A stretch of DNA of 64,000 nucleotides, taken from the NCBI RefSeq assembly GCF_006345805.1, contig NC_043002.1:51150001-51214000 (forward strand), written 5' to 3'. How positions within the stretch are numbered: the first letter of the stretch is position 1; every line of letters starts with the position of its first letter. The stretch comes from Octopus sinensis (Eukaryota). The notes beneath the pieces were generated by a model. That model saw nothing but the letters and a program-made list of their open reading frames with translations, was not told the origin of the DNA and did no database searches. The translations under genes were made by a program, and so were the position numbers. Shown one piece after another: positions 60,619 through 64,000 of this stretch.

Positions 60619-60999
60619 CAGAGATATGTACATACACACAGATACACACAGGCAAACGCATACAGATACATATATACATTCTAATATATACACACACATA
60701 CATATACACGCACATACACACATATATGTTCATACATATATATACTCTCATTCCTAAACACACAATATAAACAAGTTTCAAATTGTTTTTATTGATGAAT
60801 AATGGATTCCATCAGTTTAATTAATTTCCGAAACCATTCTCTCCCCCACGGACCCTCATCAATCCCACACCTTACCTGTCATCATCTGCACCTCCTCCCT
60901 TCTTACCTTTTCAATAATCTTGTCTTCCTCCTCCTTCTTCTCTTAAGCCATCGCCTCCACCCATTTCATTTCCAAGGCGGTGTTAAAATATTTTGCTTC

Positions 61000-62014
61000 C
61001 GTTTGTCCTTGTTGTCGTCATTGTTGGCAACGGTGATGTGATGGGTTGTAGTAGTGGTGGGTTGGTGGGTGCGGTCACGTGAGGAGGGACGGTAGTCGAC
61101 GGGGTCGGTGATGGCGGTGTCAGAATGTTGGTGGTTGTCGTCGTCATCGTTATCGTCATCACCACTGCCGTGATGTCGGTGCTGCTGAGATAGACTCTCG
61201 TGTTAGTAACGCTGGATGTGGTGATGGAATAGCCGTTAATGGCGGTAGTCTTAGAGATGGTGGCAGTGGCGGTAGGGAAAGGTACATTCGTATTAGTAAT
61301 GGTTAATGTAGTAAAGTGGTGGTGGTGACTGTAGTGATTATGGTGGAGGTGGTGGTGGTGGCAGTGGCGGTGATGGTGGTGGTGGTGATAGTGGTAGCGG
61401 TTGAGGTGATGGTGGAGATGGTGCTGATGGTGGCGTAGGATGGTGATGGTGATGAGGGCGATGGTAGTCGTGGTGGTGGTGGTGGTGGTGGTTGTGGTGG
61501 TGGTGGTTGTGGTGGTGGTGGTGGTGGTGGTGACAGTGGTGGTGGGGTGGTGTTGGTGGCAGTGATGGTGGTGGTGATGGTGGTAGCAGTTGTGGTAGTG
61601 GTGGTGGAGATGGTGCTGATGGTAGCGGAGGATAGTGATGGTGATTGGCGCGATGGTGGTGGTGGTGGTGGTGTTGGTGGTGTTGGTGGTGCGTGATGGT
61701 GGTGGTTGATAATACTAAAGTTAGTGTTTATGGTGGTATAGTGATGGAAGTGATTCTCGAGGTCGAGTTTGCAGTATTTCTACAAGTATAGTGGTGTTGA
61801 CAGTAGAAGCGTAAGGGATTGAAACATCGACCCCAGTAGTACTGAGGAATATCTTGGCGGTGGTGATGGTGGTGATGGCGAAGGCGGCGGGGGTGATGGC
61901 AGTGACGTTAATTGTGGTGGCGGTGTTGGTGTAGTGTTGAGTGATGTGGTGCTAGTTGTTATTGTGATAGTAGAAGTAGTGCTCGGGGTGTGAGAAATTA
62001 GCGTTAGCAAAAAA

Positions 62015-62074
<60 letters not shown>

Positions 62075-62240
62075 AGCTGGAAGTGGGAGTGATAACAATC
62101 ATAATGCTCACGTTAATGGTGATAGCGGCGACCATGATGGTGGTATTGGTGGGAGTGGAGAGGGTGGTGGCGAGTGTCGTGTTTAAGATGGTGGTGGTGA
62201 TGGTGGAGTGGTGGAGTGGTGGTGGTGGTGGTGGGTGTGG
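61000..62240. repeat. Degenerate (GGT/GAT/GTA)n low-complexity region
   Basis: Directly visible; includes (TAG)n at 62014-62072. Confidence 0.88.
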
Positions 62241-62470
62241 TGACGCTGGAAGGGTGGGTAGCAGGATACATAGGAAAATTGTATGTAATAATACAGCTAT
62301 ATTTCAATTTTGATTTTGTCGTTTGATTCTCAGAACAATAAAATCCATTTGTTATGGCTTTTGACTTATAAATTTGCGCATATGCATATATATATATGTG
62401 TGTGTGTGTGTGTGGTGTGTGTGTGTGTGTGTGTTTGTATCTTATATGTATATATGAATGTATATGCACA

Positions 62471-62506
<36 letters not shown>

Positions 62507-62649
62507 CGTATATACATATATACCTACACTATATATATATACATGTATATAAATACATACATATATATATACACACACACACATATATATATATATATAC
62601 ACACACATATATATACGTACATGTGTTTGTATGTATGAATATATGAACG

Positions 62650-62680
<31 letters not shown>

Positions 62681-63037
62681 ATATGTATAAATATATGTCC
62701 ATACATATGTTTATATACTTATTTATATCTATTGAGATATTTATTTATTTATTTATTTATTTATGTAGTGAATACGCATAAAATCACATCAATTTGTATG
62801 TTACACAAGTATTAAATGACCGTAAGACTCACATATAGAAATAACCTCACGGTCAAACTGTATATGTCAACATTTATTACGTAATTTTACGTATTATGCG
62901 TATGCGTATCTCATGGCTATAATGTGAGTAGTTACATAAGCTGGTTTTAATATAGATTTTATATATGTCTATCATACATGCCTCTTTACATTAACATGGA
63001 TGCTGAATCCTGATGTTTGTGTATATATATATATATA

Positions 63038-63076
<39 letters not shown>

Positions 63077-64000
63077 TCATATATATACTCATATATATAC
63101 ATATATATACATACATGCATACATAGTTATATATCTATGCATACGCATGTATAATTATATAGGTATTTTTAATTATAACAAAACAACGATCAATAAATTA
63201 GCATAGATGCCAATACGGTAAGCATAGTGTTAATTTTTTTTTTTTTTAATGTTGGCAGTGACTTCGAAATGTTGCTAATGCTGATTCGTCAGGTTGTGAT
63301 AGTATAAATGAAATTTACAGTGTAAATAGATGAGAAATAATCGAAGGTGTTGTGAATTATAAATTTAAAATGGCGTAAAATATTGCAGAAGCAGAAATGG
63401 CCAAGTTATTGTAGTAAAAAGAATATATGAAACACGAGGAGGAAAAAATGAAAAAAAAAAATGGAGACAATCCAAATAAGTAATCAGGTTTAGATTAATA
63501 ATTGCATGTATATATGCTTGTAGTGGATATTTAATGTCGGTATTATGAATGGATTATTTTGACGGCTGGAAAATATTCGGAAATTGATGGCCCTAAAATT
63601 TGAAATGTTAAACAAGGCAAGGTTTATGTGTAGATCACATATATTATACAATGCAGAAAATATAAGGTGTTATAAACTTGATGCGGACTGAAATATGCTC
63701 AAAGTGTATCAACAAGCTTTAATCATGCAATGAAAGCAGTATTAGTTTTGCGTTTGGAACCGACTTGCAGGTATTAATAAAGAATATTTTGATCATATAA
63801 AAAGTTGAAAAGGCTACAATTGTTTTTAAATAAATATCAACATCCTTCACTCTCTCTTTCTCTCTTTCTCTCTCTCTCTCTCTTTCTCTCTCACTCTCTC
63901 TCTCTCTCTCCTATTCTTTTCATCTATTACATCTTTCACACTCTTTTAAAATTTGATTCCTTCTGTTCCAAACTTGCAGCTTCCTACTACTTGCTGACTG

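Noticed and set aside
60983-61700. Long Thr/His-rich open frame on the minus strand as a mucin-like gene
   Set aside because: Degenerate (ACC)n tracts are intrinsically stop-poor, and there is no start or splice context.

Overview
AT-rich eukaryotic intergenic or intronic DNA with no intact host gene, rRNA, tRNA or CRISPR array that I can support. The repeat families look like those of coleoid cephalopods, probably Octopus; this is recognition from memory, not a database result. The window is dominated by di-, tri- and tetranucleotide microsatellites, which explain most of the supplied ORF track, and by three tRNA-derived SINE families (here A, B, C). It also holds decayed transposons: a ~3.3 kb 5'-truncated CR1-like LINE (23573-26870, -); two R4/Dong-like fragments abutting (TAA)n; an L1/Tx1-like endonuclease relic; several Penelope-like (PLE) relics (RT at 3822-4372; RT-linker-GIY-YIG at 47870-50690 split by a Helitron-like insertion; a 1.4 kb palindrome at 31256-32649 whose loop encodes a GIY-YIG C-terminus); an internally deleted pogo-like element keeping a PHD-finger tail (32753-34029); and a mariner 5' relic. 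The most interesting hidden layer is a set of hammerhead-ribozyme-like motifs found by hand. Three have an intact core and plausible stems (3115-3170, 17713-17830, 31155-31206), one is a core variant present in both palindrome arms, and several are decayed copies sharing an ACT-NNN-AGT stem III. Most sit in or near PLE terminal-repeat-like DNA. Boundaries were read by eye and are approximate (often +/-10-20 bp) unless a motif is quoted. No folding, alignment or search was run.
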